A stretch of DNA of 59,632 nt, filler included, from 8 parts of 8 records of this genome joined end to end with filler, not necessarily neighbours in it, one strand, 5' to 3'; positions 9,174 to 19,796 are shown, counted from the whole stretch's first letter. The notes: generated from the letters alone by a model not told the origin. Made by a program: numbers and translations.

Positions 9174-11207
9174 ATGAGTGACGAAAAGAAAGTTCAGGCA
9201 ACGTCAGAGGCGGAAATTGCGGTTCATTGGCAGGAAGAGGATTATTTTTACCCCTCTCCAGCCTTCACGGGCCAGGCGAATCTGACAGACGAAACGATCT
9301 TTGACCGTTTCAACCTAGATAATTTTCCGGATTACTATACAGAATTCGCTGAACTTTTAACATGGTACAAGTATTGGGATGAGGTCTTGGACACAAGCGA
9401 CGCCCCATGTTGGAAATGGTTTAAAGGCGGAAAGCTCAATGCCAGCTATAACTGCATTGATCGTCATCTCAAGGCTGATAAAAACAAGACTGCCATTCAC
9501 TTTGTACCTGAGCCCGAAGAGGAACGTACTGATCACATAACATACCAGGAACTTTACCTCCGCGTTAATGAATTTGCCGCTCTTCTCCGTGATTCGGCCG
9601 GTTTAAAACGCGGTGACCGTGCCACAATCCATATGCCCATGTCAGTTGAGTTGCCCATCACCATGCTGGCCTGTGCCCGGTTGGGGGTTATTCACTCCAT
9701 GGTCTTCGGCGGTTTCTCCGCCAGTGCCTGCGCAGACAGGATAGAAGATTCTAATTCACGGGTTCTCATTACCATGGACGCCTACTACCGGTCGGGTAAA
9801 CTTCTGGATCATAAAGCTGTGGATGATGAAGCCTGTAAACTGGCAGAAGACATGGGTCAAAAGGTAGACAAGCTGTTAATCTGGCAGCGCTATCCAGGCA
9901 AGATGTCCAGCAAGGCCCCCCTGGTTGAGGGGCGGGATGTCGTAGTTAATGACGAAATAAAGAAATATTACGGCCAACGTGTTGAGCCCGAGCAGATGCT
10001 GGCCGAAGAGCCGCTTTTCCTTATGTACACCAGCGGTACCACCGGCAAACCCAAGGGGTGTCAGCACGGCACCGGCGGATACCTGTCCTATGTCGCGGCC
10101 ATGTCAAAATATATCCTGGACATCCACCCTGAAGATGTCTACTGGTGTATGGCCGATATCGGCTGGATCACAGGCCACTCTTTCATTGTCTACGGCCCCT
10201 TGGCTATCTGTGCTTCAACGGTCATTTACGAGGGTGTGCCCACCTATCCTGATCCCGGACGTTCCTGGAGAATTGCCCAGGAACTAGATGTTAATCTCTT
10301 TCACACGGCGCCGACAGCCATCCGTGCGCTACGAAAGGTCGGACCCGATGAGCCTGCCAAGTATGAATATCATTTCAAGCACATGACAACGGTTGGTGAG
10401 CCCATTGAACCCGAGGTATGGCGCTGGTATCAGAAGGAGATCGGTAAAGGAGAAGCGGTTATTGTGGATACTTACTGGCAGACAGAGACGGGCGGTTTCC
10501 TCTGCAGTACCGTTCCTGGCATGGCTCCGATGAAGCCCGGCAGTGCAGGACCAGGCGTTCCAGGTATCCATCCCATCATACTTGACGATGAAGGCAATGA
10601 GATTCCAGCCGGTTCCGGCAAGGCTGGTAACATCTGCATCCGGAACCCATGGCCAGGCTGCTTCCAGACCATATGGGGCGACCGCAAGCGTTTTGTCGAC
10701 GCCTATTTCAGTCTGTATAATAAAAACCCGGACAGTAAAGACTGGCGCGACTGGCCATACCTCACAGGCGATGCTGCTGTTCAATCTCAGGATGGTTACT
10801 ACAGGATTCTTGGCCGTATTGATGACGTTATTAATGTCTCCGGTCATCGTTTGGGTACCAAGGAGATTGAATCTGCGGCACTCACCGTGGAAGAAGTCGC
10901 CGAGGCTGCTGTTGTCCCGGTCAATCACGACATTAAGGGCAAGGTGCCTGAGCTGTATGTATCACTCAAGCCGGGTTATAAAGCATCCGATGCCATTGTC
11001 CGGAAGGTGGCTGATGCCATCGTTGTCCAGATTGGTAAGATCGCCAAGTGTAAGAACGTCTGGATCGTTCCTGATATGCCAAAGACCAGATCAGGAAAAC
11101 TCATGCGGCGAGTACTCGGAGCCATCTCCAACAACGGTGATGTCGGTAATGTGATGACCCTGGCAAACCCTGAAATTGTGGAAGAAATCCAAAAAATGAT
11201 TGATTGA
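9174..11207 (+). CDS. acs: Acetyl-CoA synthetase (AMP-forming); likely start MSDEKK
   Basis: YTSGTTGKPKG, DTYWQTETGG, GRIDDVINVSGHRLG, PKTRSGK (acetylatable Lys); AAGGAG RBS. Confidence 0.95.
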   Translation: MSDEKKVQATSEAEIAVHWQEEDYFYPSPAFTGQANLTDETIFDRFNLDNFPDYYTEFAELLTWYKYWDEVLDTSDAPCWKWFKGGKLNASYNCIDRHLKADKNKTAIHFVPEPEEERTDHITYQELYLRVNEFAALLRDSAGLKRGDRATIHMPMSVELPITMLACARLGVIHSMVFGGFSASACADRIEDSNSRVLITMDAYYRSGKLLDHKAVDDEACKLAEDMGQKVDKLLIWQRYPGKMSSKAPLVEGRDVVVNDEIKKYYGQRVEPEQMLAEEPLFLMYTSGTTGKPKGCQHGTGGYLSYVAAMSKYILDIHPEDVYWCMADIGWITGHSFIVYGPLAICASTVIYEGVPTYPDPGRSWRIAQELDVNLFHTAPTAIRALRKVGPDEPAKYEYHFKHMTTVGEPIEPEVWRWYQKEIGKGEAVIVDTYWQTETGGFLCSTVPGMAPMKPGSAGPGVPGIHPIILDDEGNEIPAGSGKAGNICIRNPWPGCFQTIWGDRKRFVDAYFSLYNKNPDSKDWRDWPYLTGDAAVQSQDGYYRILGRIDDVINVSGHRLGTKEIESAALTVEEVAEAAVVPVNHDIKGKVPELYVSLKPGYKASDAIVRKVADAIVVQIGKIAKCKNVWIVPDMPKTRSGKLMRRVLGAISNNGDVGNVMTLANPEIVEEIQKMID

Positions 11208-11327
11208 CCGCCGGCAATAAACCAGAATCGCTAAGTTACTGTTACTCGATAATCCGGTTTTTAGGGAATTTGTTCAAATTCACGGCGGAAACAATTATTA
11301 ACCGGAGGAATATACAATATATTTTGA

Positions 11328-11427
11328 NNNNNNNNNNNNNNNNNNNNNNNNNNNNNNNNNNNNNNNNNNNNTTAATTAATTAANNNNNNNNNNNNNNNNN
11401 NNNNNNNNNNNNNNNNNNNNNNNNNNN
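11328..11427. other. Artificial contig spacer
   Basis: N-run with TTAATTAATTAA. Confidence 0.98.
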
Positions 11428-11692
11428 CCTTTCAGTTTTTTTTAGGAACTTGAGTTATCGCTGATAACTGCTTCGCAATTATCTCTGACTTCTTTGTGAA
11501 CAGTTTGTGTTTTCGTAGCAAAAAAACAGCCGCTCACAAAGTGATGCCCGCTTCGCGAAGCGAGCCCGAGGGCAATACGCACCCGCGTTGCGATGCCTTC
11601 GGTACGAGCTATTAATTTTGCACTTATTTGATCATTCAACCAAATAAGGCTTTGATTATCAATTGGAATGATTGCCAGCCCGGGTTGGAAAT

Positions 11693-11729
11693 AAAAAAAC
11701 CCCGACGGCCGGATAACCATCAGGGTTTT
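11693..11729 (-). terminator. Probable intrinsic terminator of the M28 peptidase gene
   Basis: Imperfect inverted repeat AAAACCCcGAcGG...CCaTCaGGGTTTT with A-tract, just past the stop codon. Confidence 0.55.
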
Positions 11730-11752
11730 GAAAATATCTTTTTTGTTACTGC

Positions 11753-14700
11753 CTATTTTATCATTAGTTTTTTCGTGATATTAATCGCCGAATTACTCAA
11801 TTGAATAAAATAAACCCCTTCGGATAAACCGGTAAGGTCAATGGCTGAACCTGAGTAGTTGCTCACTGATGTTATCAACCGGCCTTTTGTATCAAAAATA
11901 TGAACATTCACTGCATCAGCTTCAAGACCTGAGATGGTAACATTATTTGTGGAAGGATTCGGGAAAATCACAATATTATTTTCAAATTCAGTAATTCCCG
12001 TGTTGTCAAACTGAAGGGTTTCAAGCTTCGAAAGGCCTTCATTTGCATAGTTACCCTGATTGGGCATTGAAGCATCAAAACCTGCTATCAAAGCATATTC
12101 TAAATTCGTGGACGAACGATACATCCTGAAATTAAACACCTCCTCTTCCATCATGCCATCTTGTTCAACAGTAGTGCTGTCGTCGCCGCAAGCCACCATG
12201 GCCAGGTCATCATCAAAATTCTCTATCTCAACAAAACCGGTACAGCCATCCTCATTATTGAATACCCCAATCTGGTCACCGATCTCAAATATTTCCAATA
12301 ATTCTGCAGGAATTGAGATAACATGCGAATTTGCTGTTGGTGGCATCAAATCCCAGCCTTCCCGAATTTTGGTGCCGGGCTTTTGAGGTTGCAATTCCTC
12401 TACCCCATCAAATGAAATGGTTACAGGATTTTCAACCTTAACCACATAAGCTTTAGATGGCATCAGGGAAGTAAGGGTCTGTATATTTTCACCAGGCCAA
12501 AAAACTTCTGTTCCGGCAACTTCCTTCACAATCACTACATCATCCATAACTGAACTGAACAAGTCACTGCAACTTACCGGATTTTCCGTCAGTACGGGAA
12601 TCAGGTTCCAGCCTTCAGCAAGATTGATGGTTTGATTCACTTCCGAATAACCGGCTACCTGCAAGGTTGCATCAGACGACAATTTAATCTTATACCCCGA
12701 TTGTCCGTCCCAGTCACCGATGGTATTTACACCAGCTCCGGGCCACCATACTTCATTCATATTTTGCACGATCACGATTTCATCTTCAATGGTAGCCAGT
12801 ACGTCTTCGATAGCTGAATATTCTGGTGTAACGTAACTGGAAATTCCTGACCATCCTTCGGGAATCTGAATGCTCTGGGTCATCATACCACCTTCGGCGT
12901 TAATCTCAAAATCGTCAATATACATTCCATCTTCAGTAATATAAACATCACTGTAGAAGTGGAATCGAAGTACCACATAAGGTTCATCCAGATAACCGTT
13001 CAGTGAGTATGTCTTTTGTGTCCAAGAATTTTGGCTGCCATTATACTCATCCAGTTCCGTCCAGTTGGAACCATTGGTTGAGATTTCGAACCACATGTAG
13101 TCGTAGTTGGACTCCAGGTCATATTTTGTCCAGAATGAAACGGAAGCCTCGGTGAAACCTTCAAGACTAAATGCGGAGAGTGTTGCGTAAATCTCCTGGT
13201 TATTTCCATATTCACCGGAAGGGCTTTCACTGATCGAATGTGATGGCGAATGAGATGCTTCTGATGACACACCCCAGGTATCTTCGAAATCCCAGTATGG
13301 TGCTCCGTTTTCAAAGTCCTGCGTTAGCGGCAGGCCCATGGGTGGCATGGGTGTGGCATAAACCACATTTGAGGGATCGGATTCTTCACCTCCCGAGGTA
13401 TAAATGCAGGTTACATAATATTCATATTGAGTTCCATTCACAACGTCCTCATCCAGATATTCTGCTTCCAGCGGACTTGCAATCAGGTTTCCATCACGAT
13501 ACACATTGTAGTTGTCGATGTCGTACATTTCTCCCCATTGCAGCTGCACCTGCCCGTCGCCGGGAATGGCCACAAGGTTCTGGGGTGGCGTGATCCGGTT
13601 GGCCAGCGAAACGGCCGTTGCCAGAATAGCTTTGGTAAATTCAACAGCTTGTGCTTCATTATTTACGCTGGGGCCAATTAGATCGTTTGATGTGTGTATG
13701 TAAGGGCTGTAATCGGAACCGTCTTCAAACGGGAAAATACCCATAAATCCTGCGTTATTAAACGATGTATGATCGCTGTCGCCACCAACCAGCGCACCGG
13801 GTTCAATCGGAAAATCAGGAAGATAGGTGGCACAAACATCCGTATAAAAGTCAGCAAGCTCTTGTGCCGATGAGGGATAAATCAGGTCGGTATGAATATA
13901 GCTGCCCGGTTCCAGGTAACCAATCATATCCATATTGAGGTAGCCGTGAATATTCATGCCGGCGGCTGCACAACTGTCGGCATAAGCTTCACTGCCGTAA
14001 AGGCCGTATTCTTCGCCTGAAAATGCACAGAAGATGATGGTCCGGTCAAATTCATACTGGCTCAATATGCGCGCCACTTCCATCACACCGGAGGTTCCGG
14101 AAGCATTGTCATCAGCACCGGGCTCAGGGCCGGAATAAGTAAGCGAATCGAAGTGCCCGCCAATCACAATAAACTCATCAGGATATTTGGTGCCCACCAG
14201 TGTGGCAATCACATTATCACTGGCCGGACCGCCGGACATGGGAAAATCCTGAAGTCGCACCGAAAGCCCCATATCCTCAAATTGCTGACGAATCCAATTC
14301 TGGGCCTCCACACTTTCGGGTTCATAGCAATTGCGTGTGCCGTAATCCTCAAGATGTTGAATGGTGGCTATAATGTTCGTTCCGGAAACTTCTTCCAACA
14401 GGTCAACAATAAATGGATCCGGATCAAACCTTCCGGAAGTATTGAAAAACATTTGTACGGGAAGTGCCACTTCGTTGTTTGAAATTCTAATCGTACCATC
14501 GTTTTTAGCAGGTGGCAACTGGCCGTATATGGTTTCGTCAATCCTGACAACCAGGTAGTTTCCTCCATCGTGAAGCACATCGGCAATATTATTGATGCGG
14601 TTGTAATATGCTTCTTTATCAACAGTTTCATCCACATAAACGAGGTAATAGCTAAAACTATCCTGCCACGGATTTTTATCCAAAAGCACATAGTCCGACT

Positions 14701-14881
14701 TAAACTTCCCATCCAGGGTAGCGATGATAAACTCATCCCTGTAAAAGTTAACCGCAAGTGTTGGATTTTTAAAATGGGTTTTGGTTTCATCAAGATTTTT
14801 GGTTGGGATCAGCACAAGGTCTGAAGCAAAAATTTGTAATGCAAACAGGTTAATGATAAGTAAAAACAAAAAGCGTTTCAT
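11753..14881 (-). CDS. T9SS-secreted M28 family metallo-aminopeptidase with FN3-like and accessory beta domains
   Basis: Signal peptide; GGHFDS, GADDNASG, FSGEEYGLYGS, NMDMIG, SDHTSF, YIHT; C-terminal IFPNPS...GVYFI...KKLMIK T9SS type A domain. Confidence 0.9.
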   Translation of the reverse strand: MKRFLFLLIINLFALQIFASDLVLIPTKNLDETKTHFKNPTLAVNFYRDEFIIATLDGKFKSDYVLLDKNPWQDSFSYYLVYVDETVDKEAYYNRINNIADVLHDGGNYLVVRIDETIYGQLPPAKNDGTIRISNNEVALPVQMFFNTSGRFDPDPFIVDLLEEVSGTNIIATIQHLEDYGTRNCYEPESVEAQNWIRQQFEDMGLSVRLQDFPMSGGPASDNVIATLVGTKYPDEFIVIGGHFDSLTYSGPEPGADDNASGTSGVMEVARILSQYEFDRTIIFCAFSGEEYGLYGSEAYADSCAAAGMNIHGYLNMDMIGYLEPGSYIHTDLIYPSSAQELADFYTDVCATYLPDFPIEPGALVGGDSDHTSFNNAGFMGIFPFEDGSDYSPYIHTSNDLIGPSVNNEAQAVEFTKAILATAVSLANRITPPQNLVAIPGDGQVQLQWGEMYDIDNYNVYRDGNLIASPLEAEYLDEDVVNGTQYEYYVTCIYTSGGEESDPSNVVYATPMPPMGLPLTQDFENGAPYWDFEDTWGVSSEASHSPSHSISESPSGEYGNNQEIYATLSAFSLEGFTEASVSFWTKYDLESNYDYMWFEISTNGSNWTELDEYNGSQNSWTQKTYSLNGYLDEPYVVLRFHFYSDVYITEDGMYIDDFEINAEGGMMTQSIQIPEGWSGISSYVTPEYSAIEDVLATIEDEIVIVQNMNEVWWPGAGVNTIGDWDGQSGYKIKLSSDATLQVAGYSEVNQTINLAEGWNLIPVLTENPVSCSDLFSSVMDDVVIVKEVAGTEVFWPGENIQTLTSLMPSKAYVVKVENPVTISFDGVEELQPQKPGTKIREGWDLMPPTANSHVISIPAELLEIFEIGDQIGVFNNEDGCTGFVEIENFDDDLAMVACGDDSTTVEQDGMMEEEVFNFRMYRSSTNLEYALIAGFDASMPNQGNYANEGLSKLETLQFDNTGITEFENNIVIFPNPSTNNVTISGLEADAVNVHIFDTKGRLITSVSNYSGSAIDLTGLSEGVYFIQLSNSAINITKKLMIK

Positions 14882-15061
14882 AAGTAGTAGATTTTACAAT
14901 TAGTATTTGAGTTTCAAGTACAAATAAACATAAATACGTACAATTATAAATATGTTAATTGTTGATATAGTGCAATTTAGAAAGCTTTTAAATACCGGGA
15001 AATTGTATTTATCAACCACAAAAAACTCATAAATGGCAAATGGTCAGGGTTGTGAGCAGGC

Positions 15062-15097
15062 AAAAAAAAATCCCGGCTAATTGAATAACCGGGATTT
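15062..15097 (-). terminator. Intrinsic terminator of the C1A peptidase gene
   Basis: AAATCCCGG...CCGGGATTT stem followed by a U-tract on the minus strand. Confidence 0.75.
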
Positions 15098-15114
15098 AAG
15101 TTCAAATCATGAAT

Positions 15115-17251
15115 TTATCTAATTATCAACTTTCGTGTGATATTAACATTTTCATTTTGGATACGTATGAAATAGATGCCTTCAGGAATGCCTGTTAGTG
15201 AAATCTGGTTTCCGTTGAATCCATCAAGAGTTTCAACCACCTGACCATTCAGGTTGAGAATTTCCACATTAGCAGCGGATTCCAATCCGGCAATAAAGAG
15301 TGTTTCTTTGGCAGGATTCGGATAAATGGAAACCTGGGTTGATTCGACAATAGTTGGTAAACTGGTTGCCACATCAACCGGCGGGAAAAGAATCTGATCA
15401 ATCCAGCCACAATCTTCACCATTACTTACTGAGTAGTCCTTGTCGTAAACCCACTTAAATGTATGCTCACCCATTTCCACTTCATAAACAGCCTGCTCCC
15501 AACCTACTTCACCTGACCATGAATCCTGCATATTTCCATCAATGTAAAATTCGAGGAAGTCGTAGGTTGCTTCGGATGAGACCTTATAGTAGAATGACAA
15601 TTCACCATCGGCCAAAACATTCATCGTAATCTCAAGCACAGTTTGCGACTGGTCTCCAATTTCCCCTGATTGGGCAGCATAGTCTCCGGAATAAACCTCA
15701 CTGCTTGTGATTTCCCATTCATTATCGCCGGAGGTTATCCATTCATAGGCTGTAAAATCACCACTTTCAAATCCTTCTTCAAGCAGCCCAACTGCCATGT
15801 TGAGGTCATACTCATAGAAGAAGAATTCACCATTAGACATACACTCTATCGACATCTTTCCGGTAATGATATATCCGATTGGCGTTTGAACGTCAACTGT
15901 AATATTCATTGTTCCTGTAGCTTCTTCGCCAGGTGCAATTGCGCCAAAGTCGAAATTTGATTCATTGATCACGAGATATGGATCCGAGGAGATATATTCG
16001 CACAAGATATCGGTAACATCATACAAGCCATTGTTTTTGATGGTTACTTCAACATCCGCTGTTTCACCCGGATCGAGGCGGCCATTATTATTTCCTTCCG
16101 GATCATAGATCTGAACGCCGCCCATATTCATGTCGTATGCTGTTTGAGCCAGCGCTTTGATACAGAAGTTACCTGTATTCTGGAATCCTGAGGGATCATC
16201 AAAATTGTAGAAATCCACCCAGTCGCCGTCCATTTTGTAGTAACTTTCACCTTCACTGGCAGTCGATTCAACAATGGTTTTTGAACCGCCACCAAGCAGA
16301 ACCGGAACATCAGAAGTACGGTCGTAAGGTATACCGCCATCAGAAAAACTGACGTAAACATAGAAATCGTCATCAGCCTCAACAGCAATCGGAGTGCTAA
16401 GGTCTACAGTGTGTAAACCCTGGTGTGCATAAAAGCCGGATTCTTCGAAGAGCACATTTTGCAATTCACCATCAACATAGTCATCATAAATGGCAACGGT
16501 GTAGGTAACGTCATCTGCAGCAGTGAAGAAGTTAACTGCAGAAATTACATCGTTGGATTCTGCAACAAAAGCGTTAAATGCTTCCTCAGCAATTTCCAAT
16601 TCATCGCGCCAGCCGTGATAATCGTGATAGTAAACTTTGGTGTAAGGCATCAAATCAACATCAATGAACGAGATGGCTCCCATCTGTGGTTCCCTTCCGG
16701 CCCATTTATCGTAGTACGAAATCCAGAAATAGCCGTCAAGACCCCAACTTGCGCCCCAACTGTTTTTGCACAGCCATGCACCATCTTCAGGAGCCTGGGT
16801 TTCTTTTTCGTCATCCCAACCTACAATGGCAATGGAGTGGTTTGGCAGATCGCTACTCGTTGGTGGCTGATAGTGAACATAATTTGAGATATATGAACTG
16901 CTATAGCACATGCATGTAGCCATTACACCATACTGCATTACCTTCATCTTCACCTCATCGAGGTTGCCCAGGTCTTCGCCTACATTATACCATTCCACAT
17001 CGTGGGCATAATATTTATGATACGTATCAGCCATTCTTGCCGGTGGATTATCATAACTATTTCCGTCAACCTCACGTGTTGATCCTTCACCTCTTGAGAG
17101 ATAAGCAGTCGTAACGCGGTAGTCGCCACCCTGATGTACTTCAAGACCGCTTCCCGAGGGTGGGTCAACGTCGTCGTTGTTATTGTCGTTAAAGCCATTC
17201 CACCAGTCAAGGTGATATTCTGCCAGTGCAGGTTCGCCGGTTTCGCCGGCA
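15115..17251 (-). CDS. T9SS-secreted papain-family (C1A) cysteine peptidase with lectin-like domain (5' truncated)
   Basis: NHSIAIVGWDD, WLCKNSWGASWG.DGYFWISY; frame stays open from 17034 to the contig edge (AEYHLDWWNGFN...); T9SS C-terminal domain IYPNPA...RKLIIR. Confidence 0.88.
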
Positions 17252-17351
17252 NNNNNNNNNNNNNNNNNNNNNNNNNNNNNNNNNNNNNNNNNNNNTTAAT
17301 TAATTAANNNNNNNNNNNNNNNNNNNNNNNNNNNNNNNNNNNNNNNNNNNN
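17252..17351. other. Artificial contig spacer
   Basis: N-run with TTAATTAATTAA. Confidence 0.98.
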
Positions 17352-17399
17352 CTGCATGGGAACCCGCATGACAAGCGGTAGGTAATAAAGGCAAAGAGT

Positions 17400-17834
17400 T
17401 CATTCGCGGGGTTCTTGCCGGGGACCTTCAATGGGCCGAGGGAAAGGGGGCCGTCCTCGAAAGCGCTTTTCCAGTCTTTCATTTATTTTATCAAACTTTC
17501 TTTTCTGTTTATCATTCAGCTTTGCTCTGATCCGGGTCTTGACCCGCTCCAGATCGGTCTTCATTTTTGGGAAAAATCGTCGCCTCATATTAAACATCTT
17601 TTTATCAAAGGCCATGATAATGGGCCGGATTTCCTCCCGTTGGCTCGGCGTGAGGTCGAGTTCATGGGTAAGCCGCTCAACAATTCTTTCCCCTTTGGGC
17701 GGCCCACCATGAAACATCTTTTCGATTCGGCCTTCGAAATAGATGCCCGCGCCCAATACGCCCGCCAATACGCCCACAAAAAAGACAAGCCCCACGCCGG
17801 CTATAAATTTCAATTTTGATCCGTTCCCCGTCAT
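17400..17834 (-). CDS. Membrane-anchored Spy/CpxP-like (LTxxQ) periplasmic protein
   Basis: N-terminal TM, ELDLTPSQREEI and LNDKQKRKF motifs; third gene of ECF module. Confidence 0.7.
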   Translation of the reverse strand: MTGNGSKLKFIAGVGLVFFVGVLAGVLGAGIYFEGRIEKMFHGGPPKGERIVERLTHELDLTPSQREEIRPIIMAFDKKMFNMRRRFFPKMKTDLERVKTRIRAKLNDKQKRKFDKINERLEKRFRGRPPFPRPIEGPRQEPRE

Positions 17835-18160
17835 GATGCACCCAATATCTGGAAAAATGAATTATCCCAGGAAGTCCCCATAAACACCCTCGCCATTTCG
17901 CAATCGGAAAGAAAATCCAGCTGTTGGTAAAGGAGACCGCCGAGAACCAGAAGCATGAGGGCAGCGGCCGGCGCCAGGCGCCAGACATGCCGCTCAAAAA
18001 GCGCCATGAAACTCGGTTGGGGCACGGAAGGTCCCAAGCCTCTGATGCGGACCATGACCCGATTCTTCCAGGCATCGCCCACCTCGTTTGTCCCATCCGC
18101 TCGGTAAGCGGAGGAGAGCGCCCGTTGGATTTTTTTGAACTCCTCCACCTTGAGCTTCAT
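17831..18160 (-). CDS. Putative single-TM anti-sigma factor (likely start MKLKVEE)
   Basis: Directly follows the ECF sigma gene; WKNRVMVRI helix then a TM segment. Confidence 0.7.
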   Translation of the reverse strand: MKLKVEEFKKIQRALSSAYRADGTNEVGDAWKNRVMVRIRGLGPSVPQPSFMALFERHVWRLAPAAALMLLVLGGLLYQQLDFLSDCEMARVFMGTSWDNSFFQILGAS

Positions 18161-18164
18161 CCCA

Positions 18165-18752
18165 TTATCTCCTCTCTTTCCAGATTTGGGAAAGCAGTTT
18201 TCGCAGCTTTCCACGGGACCTGAAAGCGCGCACCTTCACGTTCGTCGTGGTCCATCCCAGCATTTCCGCGGCCTCTTTTCCGGTCATCCCTTCCAGGTAA
18301 ACCAGCTCCATTACGGAACGATCTTCCGGTGATAACCGGTCCAGTGCCCAGTTTATAACCTCTTTTGCCTCTGCTTCCCGAACCCGTTTGTTTGTTGCGG
18401 TGGTTGACTCCGATGAAATGATACCCTCCAACCATTTCCGGTGCTTTTCCGATAGGGTGCTCATGGGCGATTCCCGTGTGCGATAGACCTTTCTCCAGTA
18501 ATCATAACACGTCCTGACGGCAATTGTGGAGAGCCATTTTGCAAAATGACTCTCCGGATCAAACCTGGGCAACGACTGATAGGCCTTCACAAACACCTCC
18601 TGGGCCATGTCCTCCACTTCCGACGGAGGGACGCGTTTTTTAATAATCTTGAGGGCATGGTCCTTGTAGCGGTCCAACAGGAGTTCAAAGGCATTCACCT
18701 CTCCCTGAAGTACACGGCGTACGATTTCTGAATCTTTGGGTGGCTTCAACAT
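18165..18752 (-). CDS. ECF RNA polymerase sigma-70 factor
   Basis: Region 2 (EDMAQEVFVKAY...KWLSTIAVRTCYD) and region 4 (LSPEDR...EAAEMLGWTTTNVKVRAFR). Confidence 0.93.
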   Translation of the reverse strand: MLKPPKDSEIVRRVLQGEVNAFELLLDRYKDHALKIIKKRVPPSEVEDMAQEVFVKAYQSLPRFDPESHFAKWLSTIAVRTCYDYWRKVYRTRESPMSTLSEKHRKWLEGIISSESTTATNKRVREAEAKEVINWALDRLSPEDRSVMELVYLEGMTGKEAAEMLGWTTTNVKVRAFRSRGKLRKLLSQIWKERR

Positions 18753-18906
18753 CCTCGGTATGTCTCATCACGGATCACGCTCATTTAACAATAGGTCATT
18801 TTCCATTCCACCGGAACCGCAAAAAAATCATCGGTCCCCGTATTCCCTCCATTTTTTTAAAATTTCCATTGAATGATTCAGACTATCTTTAAGCGGACCC
18901 CTTGCG

Positions 18907-19776
18907 CTACTCATTGTTTCCCCGGCCGGATTGATCCTTTTTTGTAAGGGTGACGTCCAGCCATAATTCAAGAGGTTCAACCTTTTTACTTCCGGATTTT
19001 CCTCCTTTTGCACCCGTCGATTCACCTCTCATGCCGCCTCTCATCCTTCCGGATTTGCCCCTGCGGCCTTCGGGGCTGTGGACGCCCCTTGGCGTTTGGT
19101 TCCCCATAAACCCGGACGTTCCGTCTTCCTTATCACCCGCTTGAAAGCCCAACCGAAATCCTTCTTTGCCGGGATACAAAAGCGCATAACGAATATCTTC
19201 GGTTCTGGTTATGGGTATTTTGAGTTCGTAAACCAGATTCTTTTGTGTTTTGTTGATGTTTACATCAATATTATATTTTTCAATTTTCTCAAGGGGCATG
19301 GTTATCTGTTCATATTCGTTCGGCCCCAGTAATTGGATTTCCCCCTGGGCTTTTTTGACCAAAGCCTTGAGAGGATCTTGTTTATCCAATAAAGGGCCTC
19401 CAAATGGGGTCGGTCTACTTTCGCGGGGAAGCCCTACCGGAAAATGAACACCGATTTTTCTTTTGTCTTCACCCTTCTGCTCAAGCCACAGGGTAAACCC
19501 TTCTACAAGGATTTTCCTCTGGATGCTTTGTTTGTTCCATGAAAGTCTTACGAAGAGGAACTTTTCATCATGAAGAAGATTGATTAATGTCCTCGAGTCT
19601 TCATCATAATATTGGGGGCATCCCTCCCACTCCCGGTCTTTTCCGTCCACGCAGATTTCGCGGTCCCGCCAGGAACACTCCGTTTTTGCTTCTTCCTTGC
19701 AGGCCGTCATAAACATGGTCAGGCAAAGCAGGCTCACAAGCAGCGCTGATCTCACTTCCTTGTGATTTGATTCCAT
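18907..19776 (-). CDS. Lipoprotein of unknown function (likely start MESNHK)
   Basis: AAGGAGG RBS, lipobox MTAC, VDGKDREW and LVYELKIP motifs, Gly/Arg-rich tail. Confidence 0.7.
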   Translation of the reverse strand: MESNHKEVRSALLVSLLCLTMFMTACKEEAKTECSWRDREICVDGKDREWEGCPQYYDEDSRTLINLLHDEKFLFVRLSWNKQSIQRKILVEGFTLWLEQKGEDKRKIGVHFPVGLPRESRPTPFGGPLLDKQDPLKALVKKAQGEIQLLGPNEYEQITMPLEKIEKYNIDVNINKTQKNLVYELKIPITRTEDIRYALLYPGKEGFRLGFQAGDKEDGTSGFMGNQTPRGVHSPEGRRGKSGRMRGGMRGESTGAKGGKSGSKKVEPLELWLDVTLTKKDQSGRGNNE

Positions 19777-19796
19777 TTTCTCCTCCTTTTTTCTCT

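Noticed and set aside
16980-17210. Apparent frameshift or separate ORF upstream of the C1A peptidase
   Set aside because: The peptidase frame is open continuously to the contig edge; this ORF is an alternative-frame shadow.
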